The position numbers were made by a program, and so were the translations under genes. DNA of 64,000 nucleotides, taken from IMG/VR virus record IMGVR_UViG_3300047558_000137, positions 310,315 through 374,314 of that record. One strand, 5' to 3'. Positions 5,175 through 14,792 of this stretch are shown one piece after another. Below the pieces are notes generated by a model that saw only the letters and a program-made list of their open reading frames with translations, did not search any database and was not told where the DNA came from. The first letter of the stretch is position 1. Each line of letters begins with the position of its first letter.

Positions 5175-6768
5175 GCGGGTATAGCATTTTATAAAAATCT
5201 TTTGATGCAATACCTGTTAAACTTTGTTCTCTATACTTTTCACCCAGTTGATTAAAATACTCGATTGCCAGTGATTCAGTGTCCGAATCTAATTCTGTTA
5301 ATAATCCCTCTGTCGGTATATCATAGTATGTAGCCTGCGATACCCAAACACTCCTAGACCATAGATACTTTTTATTTCTAGCATCAACAACATTTCTTCT
5401 ACTTGTATTATTAATTAAATCATACAACATTTGAATCGAGTTTTGCTGCCTACCAACTTCTCTCATGTTTTCCCAATAAGGAGTATCCTTTTTGCAAAGA
5501 TGAAAGGCAAAACGAATACGTAGTAGTGTATCTGCCATACGCATATTAACATACTCGTTGAAGTCTTCTTTCCATGTGCAGTCTAAATTTGTATCTGTTT
5601 TTAGATTGTCTACAACAAATTCAATTTTGCCTAGTGCAGTTGAAAAAGCATTAGCATCATACGCATCTACTAATCCATGACTTAGCCCTATTGTTATACA
5701 ATTATTAACAAATGCTTTTTCTTGGTATCCAGGCTCCCATGAAATTAATCTAAAGTCTACATCTGTTTTACCAGTTTTTTGGTAATACTCATCCTTTAGT
5801 GATTCAACATTGGTTGTATGGCGAGAATTGAATACATATCCCTCGCCACTACGAACATCCATTGCTACACTAAAATGCCAACCTTGATCCATTGCACGAA
5901 TGTATGCATTGCTAGTTCGTTCGTTATCGTCGGTATATTTGTGTGGCCCAACAATGCATCTATCATTGAATGAATCATCTAGATGCTTAAACTTGTAGGG
6001 TAATTTTTTGCACAAAACTCTAGCGAAGCCAGTGCAGTCAAAATATAGATCTGCTGTTGCATGTGAGTCATCGTCTAATAGTAGATAATCAATATCGCCA
6101 TTTTCTTTTAACACAACATCCTTAATTGCAATAGGTAACTCTTTAACACCGGCTGGCTTGCCTACCATATTATGAACCACTGCCCCAATTCGCATAGCAT
6201 TAATATGATATCCAAATGTGCCACGTGGATGATTCCATTGCCCGGTTGTTATATTATAAGGTATTCTATCGTTACGCGAATACCAATAAGATTGGCTTGA
6301 ATGTCCTGTATATAAATCCTTAGGAGTTCTATACTCTAATTGATTTAGTAGGCCTTTATTTTTTAAGTACAACCATACATCGAGCATATCATATGGTGTT
6401 TGCGATTTATAAAAAGATGAATACTTTACTGCATCTATTCCACTCTCTTTAAAATCATTAAGTATTCCCATGTTAGGAACATCAGCATGATTTGTGTAGA
6501 AAACTGAATTGCTGTTATCCCAGTCCTGAAACCGAGACCCTACTCGAAATATCGATCCCGATTCTTTAATCCATTTAATATCTTTTTCAAACCCTAGCAC
6601 CTTGTTCATAAAAGATGATGAGTTCCATTGTAGTGCTTCTCCTACTCCCACCACTGGAGTTTTTGGATCGTATATAAGTGTTACGTCTAGATCTGGTCTA
6701 TTACGCTTAATAGCAGATGATACAAAATTGCCGGCTGCGCCAGCGCCAACAACAATTATTTTTTTCAT
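5164..6768 (-). CDS. Tryptophan-halogenase-family flavoprotein (divergent)
   Basis: Start corrected to MKKIIVVGAGAAG (6768); VGVGEA and ADLYFDCTGF motifs. Confidence 0.85.
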   Translation of the reverse strand: MKKIIVVGAGAAGNFVSSAIKRNRPDLDVTLIYDPKTPVVGVGEALQWNSSSFMNKVLGFEKDIKWIKESGSIFRVGSRFQDWDNSNSVFYTNHADVPNMGILNDFKESGIDAVKYSSFYKSQTPYDMLDVWLYLKNKGLLNQLEYRTPKDLYTGHSSQSYWYSRNDRIPYNITTGQWNHPRGTFGYHINAMRIGAVVHNMVGKPAGVKELPIAIKDVVLKENGDIDYLLLDDDSHATADLYFDCTGFARVLCKKLPYKFKHLDDSFNDRCIVGPHKYTDDNERTSNAYIRAMDQGWHFSVAMDVRSGEGYVFNSRHTTNVESLKDEYYQKTGKTDVDFRLISWEPGYQEKAFVNNCITIGLSHGLVDAYDANAFSTALGKIEFVVDNLKTDTNLDCTWKEDFNEYVNMRMADTLLRIRFAFHLCKKDTPYWENMREVGRQQNSIQMLYDLINNTSRRNVVDARNKKYLWSRSVWVSQATYYDIPTEGLLTELDSDTESLAIEYFNQLGEKYREQSLTGIASKDFYKMLYPLDK

Positions 6769-6776
6769 AGATAAAA

Positions 6777-6853
6777 TGGTGCGCCCGGAGGGACTTGAAC
6801 CCGCGACCAATGGATTATGAGTCCACTGCTCTAACCAACTGAGCTACAGGCGC
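6777..6853 (-). tRNA. tRNA(CAU), probably Ile2 (lysidine type)
   Basis: GCGCCTG/CGGGCGC acceptor, GTGGA-CT CAT AA-TCCAT, CCA; body resembles bacterial tRNA-Ile2. Confidence 0.9.
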
Positions 6854-6864
6854 AACAAGTCTCT

Positions 6865-6893
6865 ATTATATAGCAGGCATCTTTTAATGTCAA
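6865..6893 (-). promoter_or_regulatory. Perfect consensus sigma70 promoter
   Basis: TTGACA-17-TATAAT immediately upstream of the tRNA. Confidence 0.88.
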
Positions 6894-6901
6894 CTTGGTA
6901 T

Positions 6902-7654
6902 TTACCGACGCTCGATATCCTCTTCAATACAATCTGTGCCGTACTGTATTTCTACAATTTTGCAAGGTGTATTAAACGGGTTAACTAAACGATGCCATCC
7001 GCCACGTGGGATGTGTATACTCATATGTTCGCTTAGTTCCTGTACTGGCATGAAATATCCATTATCCATTTGCTGTTCGACAATGCATTGTCCTTCGCTA
7101 ACGTGCCAGTATTCAGAACGTTTCCAGTGTCGTTGCATACTTAAACTCTGCCCGGGATTTACTGTTAACTCTTTTACTTTAGTACCAGCAACTTCGTGTA
7201 GTACACGATAGTACCCCCATGCACGTTCAGTCTTAGGCGCTTTCCATTCTTCTAGGATCCAACTGCTACTGTTAGCTTTATTCTCTCCGCCAACACCAAA
7301 TTTAAAGACTACATCTTTCTCAGTCATTTCTGGAATATTATCTATTGTTCGGTCACCGCCGTTAGCAAAGATAATTTCATCGTTTGGATATAATTGTTTG
7401 ACTAAACGAATAGCATTAGTAGAGCTACCATCATCGTCATTATATGCAATTACATCATCCACCATTGATAAATTTTCAATAATAACAGAACGCTCAAACC
7501 ATGGCATAAAAGCTCGCCCCTTTTTGCGCTCAAGCCAGTCATCGCTGTTAACTCCGACTACAAGACGATCGCCTAACTCTCTGGCGGCTTTAAAATAGGC
7601 AATATGCCCGCTGTGGATAGGATCAAATCCGCCTGTTACTAATACTATTTTCAT
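6902..7654 (-). CDS. Cytidylyltransferase-like domain fused to cupin (mannose-6-phosphate isomerase type II C-terminal-like)
   Basis: GGFDPIHSGH (HxGH) N-terminal domain; RAWGYY...LSMQRH..RSEYW...EIQYG...EEDIER cupin. Confidence 0.9.
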   Translation of the reverse strand: MKIVLVTGGFDPIHSGHIAYFKAARELGDRLVVGVNSDDWLERKKGRAFMPWFERSVIIENLSMVDDVIAYNDDDGSSTNAIRLVKQLYPNDEIIFANGGDRTIDNIPEMTEKDVVFKFGVGGENKANSSSWILEEWKAPKTERAWGYYRVLHEVAGTKVKELTVNPGQSLSMQRHWKRSEYWHVSEGQCIVEQQMDNGYFMPVQELSEHMSIHIPRGGWHRLVNPFNTPCKIVEIQYGTDCIEEDIERR

Positions 7655-8409
7655 TAATTTGTAATCTTATAAAATTGTTTGTCTAGCCAACATACAACTA
7701 GATCATCTAAACGTGCGTATCCATATTTGTTTACACTGTTTACTAGACTATCATTGATTAAACCAGCATCGGCCAGGTCATACCAACTAGTATCAGGACT
7801 TAATGGTTCCATGTCCATTGCATAAACTGCTGCATATAACCAAGGACTGTTGTCTTTACGATAGAAGTACGCATCATTGCAATCAAATCCATTGATAGCC
7901 AACATGTAAATTAAGTTTAAGATATTATACCCAAACCGTTGCTTGTGATGACTTTCAATAACAATACGACCATTATATGCATAGGTCATTTGTGGAACTG
8001 CCAACATTAGCATTCCGTTAACATTTAAAGTCTGTTTCCATGCCTTTAAACATTCATAGGGATCTGTGGCTAACTGTAGACTGTTGTGGCTCCAAATTAA
8101 ATCAACCTTAACCGGAAGGGTCCCGTATCGTTCAAAATTTCCCTCAACTGGGATTATATTTGGGTTATCTTTTAGTACGTCTGGATCTAGTCTACTAATG
8201 TCTTGGTCAACTGCATATACTCGATAGTTCCTTGGCTCAGGTGGATCATCACGAGTATGTAGTGTTGCCCACCACGCAGTATCTAACCCGGCGCCACATC
8301 CCATATCGGCTATCGTAGTTAAGCTATCTAAAAAACTGTCATAGCCATAGATTAAATTTAGAACTTCTAAACTATGTTCATGACTATCGTATGAATTTTT
8401 AAACACCAT
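7654..8409 (-). CDS. Class I SAM-dependent methyltransferase
   Basis: IADMGCGAG motif I; DLIWSHNSL; LNVNGML. Confidence 0.85.
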   Translation of the reverse strand: MVFKNSYDSHEHSLEVLNLIYGYDSFLDSLTTIADMGCGAGLDTAWWATLHTRDDPPEPRNYRVYAVDQDISRLDPDVLKDNPNIIPVEGNFERYGTLPVKVDLIWSHNSLQLATDPYECLKAWKQTLNVNGMLMLAVPQMTYAYNGRIVIESHHKQRFGYNILNLIYMLAINGFDCNDAYFYRKDNSPWLYAAVYAMDMEPLSPDTSWYDLADAGLINDSLVNSVNKYGYARLDDLVVCWLDKQFYKITN

Positions 8410-8647
8410 GTCGTAATACTTCTATAACTATGTTTTCTTTTAACTTTTTAAGTCTGGGCTCAAGTTGATAGTATGCTTCTGTTACTTCTGCATCTGACCC
8501 CCAGGCAATAAGATTGTTTAACTGCCCGGCCCATTTTTCGCAAGTATCTTTTTCTATCTGAAGTCCAATGGCATTATGTTTAGGTTTAGACCTAACGCAA
8601 CGATAAAAATCGTCTACTAATTCTGCCGCTTGCTCTCTAGTGATCAT
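8399..8647 (-). CDS. Hypothetical protein
   Basis: Overlapping start/stop with neighbours. Confidence 0.7.
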   Translation of the reverse strand: MITREQAAELVDDFYRCVRSKPKHNAIGLQIEKDTCEKWAGQLNNLIAWGSDAEVTEAYYQLEPRLKKLKENIVIEVLRHGV

Positions 8648-9099
8648 GATACGGAAATGTCTTCCATTCCTGCTGTTCTTAGGCGAACAACGTGTCCTAA
8701 CATAAAGTTTTTACTTTCAAGACCTTTCATTACCCCAAGCCATTTATTCCTTAGTAGAGCAACTTCGTTAATAATTGTTTCAAAGTCAACTACTTCATCT
8801 TCGGCTTCGGCATATTTTTCTGCATCCCTGCTAGTAAGAGCACGGGCATAGCCTTCGAGATACTTTTTGTAATGTTTTTGCCTAATCTTGCGTAACTGTA
8901 TATTAAGGTAATTAAGCACCGCTTCAATCTCTTGTAATTGATTAAAACGGTGCTCAGTTATGCCTGGAAGATCGCTAAGTCCTTTCTCTACTTTACCACG
9001 AATAGATATTTCATACTTGGCCGTGGCCAACTCTTTATCGTAATAATCAATAAAGTTTGGTATGTGACTTAGATCCGATACTACCTTATTATACCACAT
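8644..9099 (-). CDS. uvsY: UvsY-like recombination mediator
   Basis: 151-aa helical protein with KYLEGYARALTSRDAEKY motif, near uvsX. Confidence 0.7.
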   Translation of the reverse strand: MWYNKVVSDLSHIPNFIDYYDKELATAKYEISIRGKVEKGLSDLPGITEHRFNQLQEIEAVLNYLNIQLRKIRQKHYKKYLEGYARALTSRDAEKYAEAEDEVVDFETIINEVALLRNKWLGVMKGLESKNFMLGHVVRLRTAGMEDISVS

Positions 9100-9101
9100 C
9101 G

Positions 9102-9335
9102 TTAATCTTCATATCCGGAATCATCGTCGTAATCTTCTTCGTAGTCGCTAGCATACTCTTTGTATGCTTTACTAAGAGCAGAATCTGTCCCCGAAAATTC
9201 TTTTAATTCAAGATCATTGAGCATGTCAACTAACATGCCCATAATATTATCCGCAGCTTCTTGCCGATCTTTCTGCGGAATATATTGTTTTAGAGTAGTA
9301 TATACTTCACTTAATACATCTACTTCAATACTCAT
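9102..9335 (-). CDS. Small acidic hypothetical protein
   Basis: Between uvsX and uvsY with tight junctions. Confidence 0.75.
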   Translation of the reverse strand: MSIEVDVLSEVYTTLKQYIPQKDRQEAADNIMGMLVDMLNDLELKEFSGTDSALSKAYKEYASDYEEDYDDDSGYED

Positions 9336-10411
9336 TCTGTTGCTTCCTCTTCAACTGGTTGTTCAATAGTCGGCGCATCTAACAAATGTGGATTAGCCAT
9401 AATGTCTGCCATTACTTTGTCAAGGCTACCGTTGTCATTACGTTCCCATGCTTTACGGAATTGTTTGATGATTTCACCATCTTTAGTAGTGTAAACAAGA
9501 CTGTTACCTTCTTTCTTCAACATGCCTTTGCCTTCAATTAAGTCAGTTAACCCTGAGTAAGGGTTCATGCCTGTTTCATAAGGAATCTTAACTTGAACAC
9601 TTTCAAAAGGTTTAGCATAACGTGTTTTCATGATTTTACATGCGGCACGGATACCTTTAACTTCTGAAATCTTGTTACCGTCTTCATCTTCTTTAAGTTT
9701 TAACTTACGCATAGCAACAACAATACTTGATGCATAGATAAAGCCTTGACCACCAGAGATCTTATCATCTGGATCAAACATATCTTGACTAGCGTATGTA
9801 TGATTAGTTGCAACCAATCCAATATTTAAGTCACCAAACATATTTACACAGTTACGAACAAGTGCTGTAAGTGCTTTAGGCTTACGGCCCATGTCGCCTT
9901 TGAGATCACCTGCTTGGAACTGATTAACGTCTGTGGGAGTCAACAACATGCCTAATGAGTCAAGTACAAACAAGACCTTTGGGCGTTGATCTTCGGGTAG
10001 TGTTTTATATTCTGATACAAACTCACTGATCATTTTAGCCACATCGTCGATCATGGCCATGTTGAGTTTAAGTAGTTTGTCCTCAGACGTATCAACTCCG
10101 AGGGCATGTAACCACGCTTCATCAAGAGCATTTTCAGTATCGATAAGAATGACATAAATGCCTTGTTCTTGTGCATTTTTAACCAAGTTGCCCGAACAGA
10201 TAAAGGATTTACCCGCACCAGATTCTCCAGCAAACACTGTAACCTTACCCATTGGTATACCACGGTTAAAGTCCCCACTAATAAGATAGTTAAGAGCGTA
10301 GTTGTTTGTTGAGATCCAGTCTGTTGGATCGTTGAAGCCGATGGAGATTCCATCAATGCTTTTAGTAATGCTTTTACGAAATTTGCTTACGTCGAATGGT
10401 TTAGTTGCCAT
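9332..10411 (-). CDS. uvsX: UvsX/RecA-like recombinase
   Basis: Walker A GESGAGKS, IDTENALD, VLDSLG, SGGQG. Confidence 0.95.
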   Translation of the reverse strand: MATKPFDVSKFRKSITKSIDGISIGFNDPTDWISTNNYALNYLISGDFNRGIPMGKVTVFAGESGAGKSFICSGNLVKNAQEQGIYVILIDTENALDEAWLHALGVDTSEDKLLKLNMAMIDDVAKMISEFVSEYKTLPEDQRPKVLFVLDSLGMLLTPTDVNQFQAGDLKGDMGRKPKALTALVRNCVNMFGDLNIGLVATNHTYASQDMFDPDDKISGGQGFIYASSIVVAMRKLKLKEDEDGNKISEVKGIRAACKIMKTRYAKPFESVQVKIPYETGMNPYSGLTDLIEGKGMLKKEGNSLVYTTKDGEIIKQFRKAWERNDNGSLDKVMADIMANPHLLDAPTIEQPVEEEATE

Positions 10412-10431
10412 AAAATTATATTCCTTGAAAT

Positions 10432-10498
10432 AGAAAAGCCAAGTACGTGATCTGACGCAGTTTATCTTTCTGCCGATCTATATCTTCGTACTTGGCTT
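10432..10498 (-). terminator. Long interrupted hairpin / terminator between gp32 and uvsX
   Basis: AAGCCAAGTACG/CGTACTTGGCTT 12-bp stem with inner GATC and GCAG/CTGC pairs, followed by TTCTATTTC. Confidence 0.6.
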
Positions 10499-10508
10499 AG
10501 GGGCCGTA

Positions 10509-11504
10509 TTATTGCTTACGGCTACGGATCATCGCTAGGATGTCTTCAGCACGTTGGCTGCTAGGTTTAGCAACTGGTGCTTCTGCTGCTTCTGCGGCAT
10601 CATCTTCCCATGGAGCAGATTCTGCTACTGGAGCAGGTGCCGGTGTTGCTGGACGAGCTTGTGCTACTGGTGTAGGTGCTTGTGCAGGTGTTTCACCATC
10701 TGTGCCTGTACCTACATTCAAGCCAGCTGGCTTGTAGTAGTTGGCCCAACGATCTGGGTCATATGGTTGGCCATCGACAGATGCTTCAAACATCTCTTTG
10801 ATAACTTTCAACTCAACATCACCTGGCTTCTTAGGTAAGAAGTCTGCCAAGTTATGAAGACCATATTGCTCAATTGCTGCCGCTTCATCTGCTGTTAGTG
10901 CAGACTCTTTACGTGCCCAGCTACTTGTGCTGTAGTCAGCATAGCCGCCTTTGCTTGTTTTCTTGATGCTGAAATCAAGACCAGACTGATAGTCAGTAGG
11001 CATACTGTCCATGTCAGGATCCATCAATGCATTCTTGATCAAGTTAAAGATTTGTGGGCTGATCACAAATCGACGGATTGGATTTTCTGGTGTCTTGTCG
11101 TCACCAACTGGGTTATCGCGAACAAAGCCTTGGAACAAGTAGCTTTTCTTTTTCCAATATTTGCGACCCATATCTTCGAGGTTAGGGTCCTTAAACCATG
11201 TGCGTACTTCTGCAAGTACCGGACATGCCTCGCCCCACATCTCAACGCACGGTACTTGTACCATAACAGGCTTGCTGTCTGCTTGACCTTTGATGCCAGC
11301 AAAAGGCAACTTGATCATAAGTCTTTCGACCCAGAAAAAGTCATTCTTTGTATTTGCATCAGGAAGGAATCTTACGCGAGCTGTTGTGTTTTCTGGAATG
11401 TTCCAGTGTGCGTAAATGGCGTTGTCGCCTTGTGGTCTGTTACCGCCACTGCGGTTCTCTTGTGCTTGTAGTTTAGCGCGAATTTCTGCCAATGTCATAG
11501 CCAT
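10509..11504 (-). CDS. gp32-like single-stranded DNA-binding protein
   Basis: VRFLPD, CPVL, K..KGGYADYSTS motifs; acidic/Pro-Ala tail; adjacent to uvsX. Confidence 0.9.
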   Translation of the reverse strand: MAMTLAEIRAKLQAQENRSGGNRPQGDNAIYAHWNIPENTTARVRFLPDANTKNDFFWVERLMIKLPFAGIKGQADSKPVMVQVPCVEMWGEACPVLAEVRTWFKDPNLEDMGRKYWKKKSYLFQGFVRDNPVGDDKTPENPIRRFVISPQIFNLIKNALMDPDMDSMPTDYQSGLDFSIKKTSKGGYADYSTSSWARKESALTADEAAAIEQYGLHNLADFLPKKPGDVELKVIKEMFEASVDGQPYDPDRWANYYKPAGLNVGTGTDGETPAQAPTPVAQARPATPAPAPVAESAPWEDDAAEAAEAPVAKPSSQRAEDILAMIRSRKQ

Positions 11505-11602
11505 AATGTTTCTCCTTAATAAAATGTGCCATAATAAATGTGTTTAGCACACAACATGTATTGTGCGCTTTTGTATTTACCTTTGTCAAAGGTTTTTTAG
11601 AA

Positions 11603-13159
11603 TTATTTTGCCAAACCTGCTAAACGACGAATAAATGATAATGAATCATTTTCGTTTACAACTGGTTCATCCATCGTAGTATTACCAGTTTGGTTTGCGT
11701 TGTTAGGTGGTTCCGGACTTACTTGTGCAGTAAAGTTATTTTGATCTTGTGCATAGCTTGGTTCAGGCATAACAATGTCTGCTAACAACTCTGGTTGGTT
11801 TTGTTCAATCCAAGTTTTTACAATACCACGCACATCAGCATCAGGGCCTTGGCCGCGGTCACTTGCGTAGTTCTGCACTAGCCGTTGTAATGAATCTTGA
11901 TTTGGTATTAGCTTTTCTAAAGTAGATGTAGCGTCGATGCCATTGATGCCACCAGGTTGTGCCTGTGCAAAGAAATCACTTAGTGATGCCGGTGCTTGTT
12001 CCATGTCTTCCAACATAGTCGATGCCCATTCATCTAACTCATAACTTAATTTACTTGCCGCTTCATTTTGTTGTTGCTTGTATGCTCTATATACATAAGG
12101 CAATGCTTCGTCAAAACGGCTATCGTATACTTTCTTAACCCAACGTTCTTTTAATGCTTCTACATCAACATCTTCTTCGATGTCGTTTGCTGCCACAAAG
12201 TTTTCTTTGTAGTCTTTAAAGTAACGTTCACTACGCAAATGACCAAGTGTTTTCTTTAGTTTCTCGTAGTGAGTAACTGCGGCACGGGTCATGTCGTTTG
12301 TTTCTTGGTCTTCAAACTCACGTAGTTTTTGGCTACGAACAAAGTGCTTCATTGCTGCCATCTCATGTACCATATTGTTGATATGGTTAGAGAAGTCATC
12401 ATATAACGACCCGCCTTGTGTTAAATGTTCCGCAAGTGCATAGGCACCATTTAAATTTGTATGCTGTAATAGGAAACGTTCGCCAAGTTCAGTTTCTAAA
12501 AAGATGCTTTCAATTTGACGACTACGTGCGCCGCGAATTTCTTCATCTACTTTGTTCTTGTGACGAACTAGAATCTTGCATTTGCCTTTGTCGGCAAAAC
12601 TGTTATAAGGGCGGCCTGGTGTGCCATATAACTTGCTTTCAGTAACAGGTGCTTCAGCTGAACTGAATGTATCATCTGTTTTGGCCTGTTGCTTAATATC
12701 TCTTATGTCTAGGTTACTCTTAGTAATATCACGTGTGTCAAAGCTCAATAGATTGCGCTTGGCAAACTGACGTAGATTACGCAGGAACTCGTACCAATTT
12801 TTACGTTGGTCTTCGTCCATGTCTCTAGTAATGTTTTGTGCAAAATAAATCTTTACACTTGTTTCGTCAATCAAACTGATAGTAATTTTACCAAATCCTG
12901 TTTCAGCAGCAGGTTTAACTTTTGCATCTGGCATCTTGTTTAGTAACGAATCAAGTTTGCTATCAATGCTACCAAACTCACCTGCTAGATCTTCGTCGAG
13001 TCCATCAACTTTGTTATCCACATAGGTAAAGTTAAAAAAACGTGCTTTTTCTGGATCACTAGTGGCGTTGGCTTTTTCGTCGCCAAGTACTATGTTAGGG
13101 AAACGGCTACGTATTTTATCAAAAAGGGCTGCTGCTACTGATTCAATTTCTTTAGACAT
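11603..13159 (-). CDS. Hypothetical late protein, probably virion/head associated
   Basis: TAAATA late box 5 nt before ATG; C-terminal IRRLAGL motif shared with scaffold. Confidence 0.75.
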   Translation of the reverse strand: MSKEIESVAAALFDKIRSRFPNIVLGDEKANATSDPEKARFFNFTYVDNKVDGLDEDLAGEFGSIDSKLDSLLNKMPDAKVKPAAETGFGKITISLIDETSVKIYFAQNITRDMDEDQRKNWYEFLRNLRQFAKRNLLSFDTRDITKSNLDIRDIKQQAKTDDTFSSAEAPVTESKLYGTPGRPYNSFADKGKCKILVRHKNKVDEEIRGARSRQIESIFLETELGERFLLQHTNLNGAYALAEHLTQGGSLYDDFSNHINNMVHEMAAMKHFVRSQKLREFEDQETNDMTRAAVTHYEKLKKTLGHLRSERYFKDYKENFVAANDIEEDVDVEALKERWVKKVYDSRFDEALPYVYRAYKQQQNEAASKLSYELDEWASTMLEDMEQAPASLSDFFAQAQPGGINGIDATSTLEKLIPNQDSLQRLVQNYASDRGQGPDADVRGIVKTWIEQNQPELLADIVMPEPSYAQDQNNFTAQVSPEPPNNANQTGNTTMDEPVVNENDSLSFIRRLAGLAK

Positions 13160-13172
13160 AATACTATTTAGC

Positions 13173-14732
13173 TCAAATCATTATGAACGGCATGGGTTCA
13201 ATAAAGGTATCTGCACTGTCCCGTAGTTCTTCATCCATTCCAGAATCATAACTTTGTAACATCTGAATCATGCGTATTGCCAGTAATGTAGACATAACTA
13301 AGTCATCGTGTTCGCCTATTTTGGCTGCATAACTAGTGCCCGCAGCCACAAACGTTTTAAGTTCTGAAATTAATAGCTTACTTGCAATAGCAATACGTTT
13401 GGTTTCTACTAGACTCTTTAACTTAGCACAGGCTGCTAATTTGGTTTTGTTTGTTGTAGTAAAACCTCTGCGCTGACGGCCTACCCCCATACGCTTTGGT
13501 TCTGTTAAGAATGTTCCTGGAATTGTTTCTTCGCCCAGTTCATTGATAGCAACTAATGCTGCTTCCCCAAGGGTGTTGTTTTCAACACTGTAATAAACGT
13601 TTGTTGGTCCTGCAATGTCTGCTAGGTATTGGCAAATTTCTTTCATAATAACAACTTGCCGTTGCACCAGAGTTTTATTATGGCTCCATTCAGCAACTTG
13701 TTTTAAGCCAGGTAATTCGAATACCTGTATAGCAGCCGGATCCGACCCAGTACCTAAACTTGGGTCGAGTGCAACTACGTAAGTACAATCCTTACTTGGT
13801 TTTTTGTACCAACGAATCTGCCCTTGTTTTTCAATTGGGTCTATGCCAGCCATTTCAACTAGGTGCAAGGGATTAATTAGTGTTTCATCAAAGATAATGA
13901 ATTCACATTCCATTTCACGACGGAAACGTTCGTCCCCTAGTTGGGCCCGCATTTCGTCTGCCCATTTTTCATCACGATCCGGATGCTCGCGCCAATCACT
14001 GCGGAACGCTTTAAATCCATTTTTGCCCAATGGGGTTTCGTTACCATATTCATCAAATGTATTGTTGGCGCCGCGCCAAATTAAAGCAAATTGATCTTCG
14101 TCACTATTCGGAGTACTTGTAATAATACACTTACCACCAGTTGCTAGTGTAGGAGTAATAGCTGTCCAGAATTCGCTGGCAATGTTTGGTCTAACGAACG
14201 CAAACTCGTCACAGTATAGGAGAGAAATAGACATACCCCGTCCTGTGTTTTCTGTTGTAGTTTGGCTTACAATACGGCTACCGTTTTCAAAGTCCAGTGA
14301 TCCTTTGTTGTAACTTGTAACACCAGCACGTATAAAGTCCGGGCAGTTCTCGTATGCGTAACGCACCCGTTGCATAATTTCTTGGGCGCCAATATACTTG
14401 TGCGCCGCAACCAAAATAGTCGAGTCTGGAACAAACATAGCATACCAAAGTAAGTAGCCTGCGGCACTTGTCGATTTACCAGTTTGTCGAGGCATTAGAC
14501 TGATACTGTACCTATATCCATGATAGCTATCAATTAGTCGTTCTTGGTACTCAAACGGGACATATTGAATACTACCCTTAGTTGGGTGCTGTATGTAAAA
14601 GTAGTTACTCATAAAGTAACGTGGCCCAGTTACTGGATCTGCACACTTAGCAATTTCAATAATCTGCTGTTCAGTGTAAGACATCTTTTGATAAGGTGTC
14701 TTAATAATTGCAGTTTCTAACGGTTTACTCAT
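13173..14732 (-). CDS. terL: Terminase large subunit (T4 gp17-like)
   Basis: PRQTGKS Walker A, LLYCDEFAF Walker B, ITSTPN, ALDPSLG, HDDLVM nuclease motifs. Confidence 0.97.
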   Translation of the reverse strand: MSKPLETAIIKTPYQKMSYTEQQIIEIAKCADPVTGPRYFMSNYFYIQHPTKGSIQYVPFEYQERLIDSYHGYRYSISLMPRQTGKSTSAAGYLLWYAMFVPDSTILVAAHKYIGAQEIMQRVRYAYENCPDFIRAGVTSYNKGSLDFENGSRIVSQTTTENTGRGMSISLLYCDEFAFVRPNIASEFWTAITPTLATGGKCIITSTPNSDEDQFALIWRGANNTFDEYGNETPLGKNGFKAFRSDWREHPDRDEKWADEMRAQLGDERFRREMECEFIIFDETLINPLHLVEMAGIDPIEKQGQIRWYKKPSKDCTYVVALDPSLGTGSDPAAIQVFELPGLKQVAEWSHNKTLVQRQVVIMKEICQYLADIAGPTNVYYSVENNTLGEAALVAINELGEETIPGTFLTEPKRMGVGRQRRGFTTTNKTKLAACAKLKSLVETKRIAIASKLLISELKTFVAAGTSYAAKIGEHDDLVMSTLLAIRMIQMLQSYDSGMDEELRDSADTFIEPMPFIMI

Positions 14733-14792
14733 AAGTATTTTTCATATATAATATAAGTATATTTAACTGTTATCAGTCAAAAAGAAATCAAA

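Noticed and set aside
5052-5210. N-terminal extension of ORF 3942-5210
   Set aside because: Runs through tRNA-Leu(UAG) and its promoter; start reassigned to 5051
6769-6810. N-terminal extension of the halogenase-like ORF
   Set aside because: Lies inside the tRNA; the Rossmann motif starts at 6768
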